Positions 62,460 through 64,000 of a stretch of 64,000 bases of DNA are shown here, one piece after another. The stretch's first letter is position 1; each line of letters opens with the position of its first letter. The translations under genes and the position numbers were made by a program. The stretch lies in assembly GCF_009914755.1 (NCBI RefSeq), contig NC_060928.1; one strand, given 5' to 3'. Origin of the DNA: the human T2T-CHM13v2.0 reference genome, Homo sapiens. The notes below the pieces were generated by a model, which saw only the letters and a list, made by a program, of their open reading frames with translations, did no database searches and was not told the origin of the DNA.

Positions 62460-63520
62460 AGCATTTTCATGGTATTTTATTTGCTGCTTTGGTAAAATAT
62501 ATATTGTAATTATCATTGTTTACCTTTGGATTCTCTTTGTTCAAATGAATATGTTGAAATTTTTAGGTATGAATCTTGTTTATGGTTTATATTCTCTATA
62601 GAATCAAATTATACATTGAAGCTGAAAGAACCAATTCTATAAAGCACATAAGGAAGAATTGTATATAATTTGAAAATATAAATAACCAAATGAAAATTAA
62701 AATGTTAAATATTGACTGTTTTATACTTAAAAAGGTAGTTTGGCTTTTTTTAAAAAAAAAAAAAAAAGAAGCAATTTTAAGCTGCAGAACTACATAGGAC
62801 ATCAAATTCCAGCATCATTTGCTTTGGGTTATTAATTCCAAACGTTAATAGGGACATTGATTTAGTAATATTCCTCATAAGAACAATGAAAACATCACCA
62901 TCATTATGAAAAAATATAAGTTGCTGGGCAAGCTTACTTTGGAAATAAAACAGTGTTGAGGGCTCTCTTCAGCTATTTACCACGTAGCTCCATAAAAAAA
63001 GTCATGGTGACAAATGATTCAGGATAAACGAATGAATGGAAATTTTAAAATGTTTAAACACAGAGAACAGCTCTCCAGAGAACGAGTGTCTTTTATTGGG
63101 TGTAATCTTCCTTAGGAAAGAATGAGCTTCTCTTAACTTGACTGATGTTAAGTGAACAATTGAGTTCCATTTCTTTAGGAGCAATCTGAAATAATCACTT
63201 TCCCCTAGAAGACAGCTATATTGGAAGGTTTCTTATAAGCCCATCAGCTAATGGTTCTATACATTATTTCATACATTATATGGCATGTTTAAAAACCCCA
63301 AATTAATAACTAATTTTTATTGAACAACTCCTACTCAAAGGGAAATTTAATTGCAATTTTGTTAGCTTATTGTATATCAAAGAAAAATAGTATTTTGTTA
63401 ATGTTTAGATAATATAAATAGAAAAAATAATTATGGCTAACTCTATATCACAAAGAAAATTATGTCTTGTTGTTTAGGAAATTAATTTCTTTTTCCTCTT
63501 AACGTCTATGGGAAAAGTGA
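62460..63520 (-). pseudogene. Best-preserved fossil block, N-terminal to central part of a module
   Basis: 63184-62780 is 135 codons with only 2 internal TGA: LLLKKWN..SP*LFLWS..DVFIVLMRNITKSMSLLTFGINN..FDVLCSS. Upstream are YFSLI and LGFLNMPY (cf. FFSII, IGFLPY, ITEKWG, DAFEILVELLQALVLCLDGINS, FVLCSA). Confidence 0.75.
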
Positions 63521-63599
63521 GTTGACTGGTCTTACTTTACAAGAAAAAAATTATAACTGAGAATACATTTGAATTTATATGAAGTTAACAGGACATTTA

Positions 63600-64000
63600 T
63601 AAGAAATAATTCAAATAGTATAGAGTAATGCTTACAGTGCATATTTCAAAATCTATAAAATTATATGATACCATAAACAGAACAAAATTGTAATAACCAG
63701 CCATCAAATTCAAGGTCATTATTTCCTCAGTGGAATGAGTACTTTTTAATATTCATACTCCTTCTGAAATTTTAAAATGCATTATGTATTACAAGTTCCC
63801 TGCTAAAAGATAGTTTGAGCAAAAATATAGAACATCAGCTCTCTCTTTAATGAATCAGGAGATAGTCCACATTTATACATATATACATAATGCATTTATA
63901 AATAAACCACTAGTGAAATTACTTATGTTATCATGCATGCTTTAAAAGAATTTCCAAAGTAAATATCAATTTACATTATCTAAAAACATACGCAACAAAT
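63600..64000 (-). pseudogene. C-terminal part of a module that begins beyond the window
   Basis: HYVYMYKCGLSPDSLKREL (MY..EL at 63836-63880; cf. HHADMYRSDLPNPDTLSAEL). Confidence 0.65.

Overview
AT-rich primate genomic DNA (Alu, L1PA, THE1 and HERV-K LTR present), dominated by transposable elements: a full-length THE1D, a full-length L1PA7/8-type L1, older L1MA/MC/ME copies, a twin-primed inverted L1, several Alus, ERVL internal pieces, LTRs, Tigger1, MER33, L2 and MIR. No intact protein-coding gene is seen. The main observation lies in the non-repeat gaps. Read on the minus strand from 64000 down to about 2260, they translate, with many stops and frameshifts, into co-linear pieces of a THAP12/PRKRIR-like hAT-transposase-derived domain repeated about 8 times in the same orientation. 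Many pieces are bounded by AG/GT-like splice signals. The best interpretation is a fossil, intron-containing gene (or tandem gene cluster) built from domesticated hAT-transposase modules, inactivated no later than a THE1D insertion into its last module. THAP12 motifs and repeat subfamily names are recalled from memory and compared by eye, so they need confirmation by tBLASTn/HMM/RepeatMasker. Coordinates of decayed blocks are approximate.
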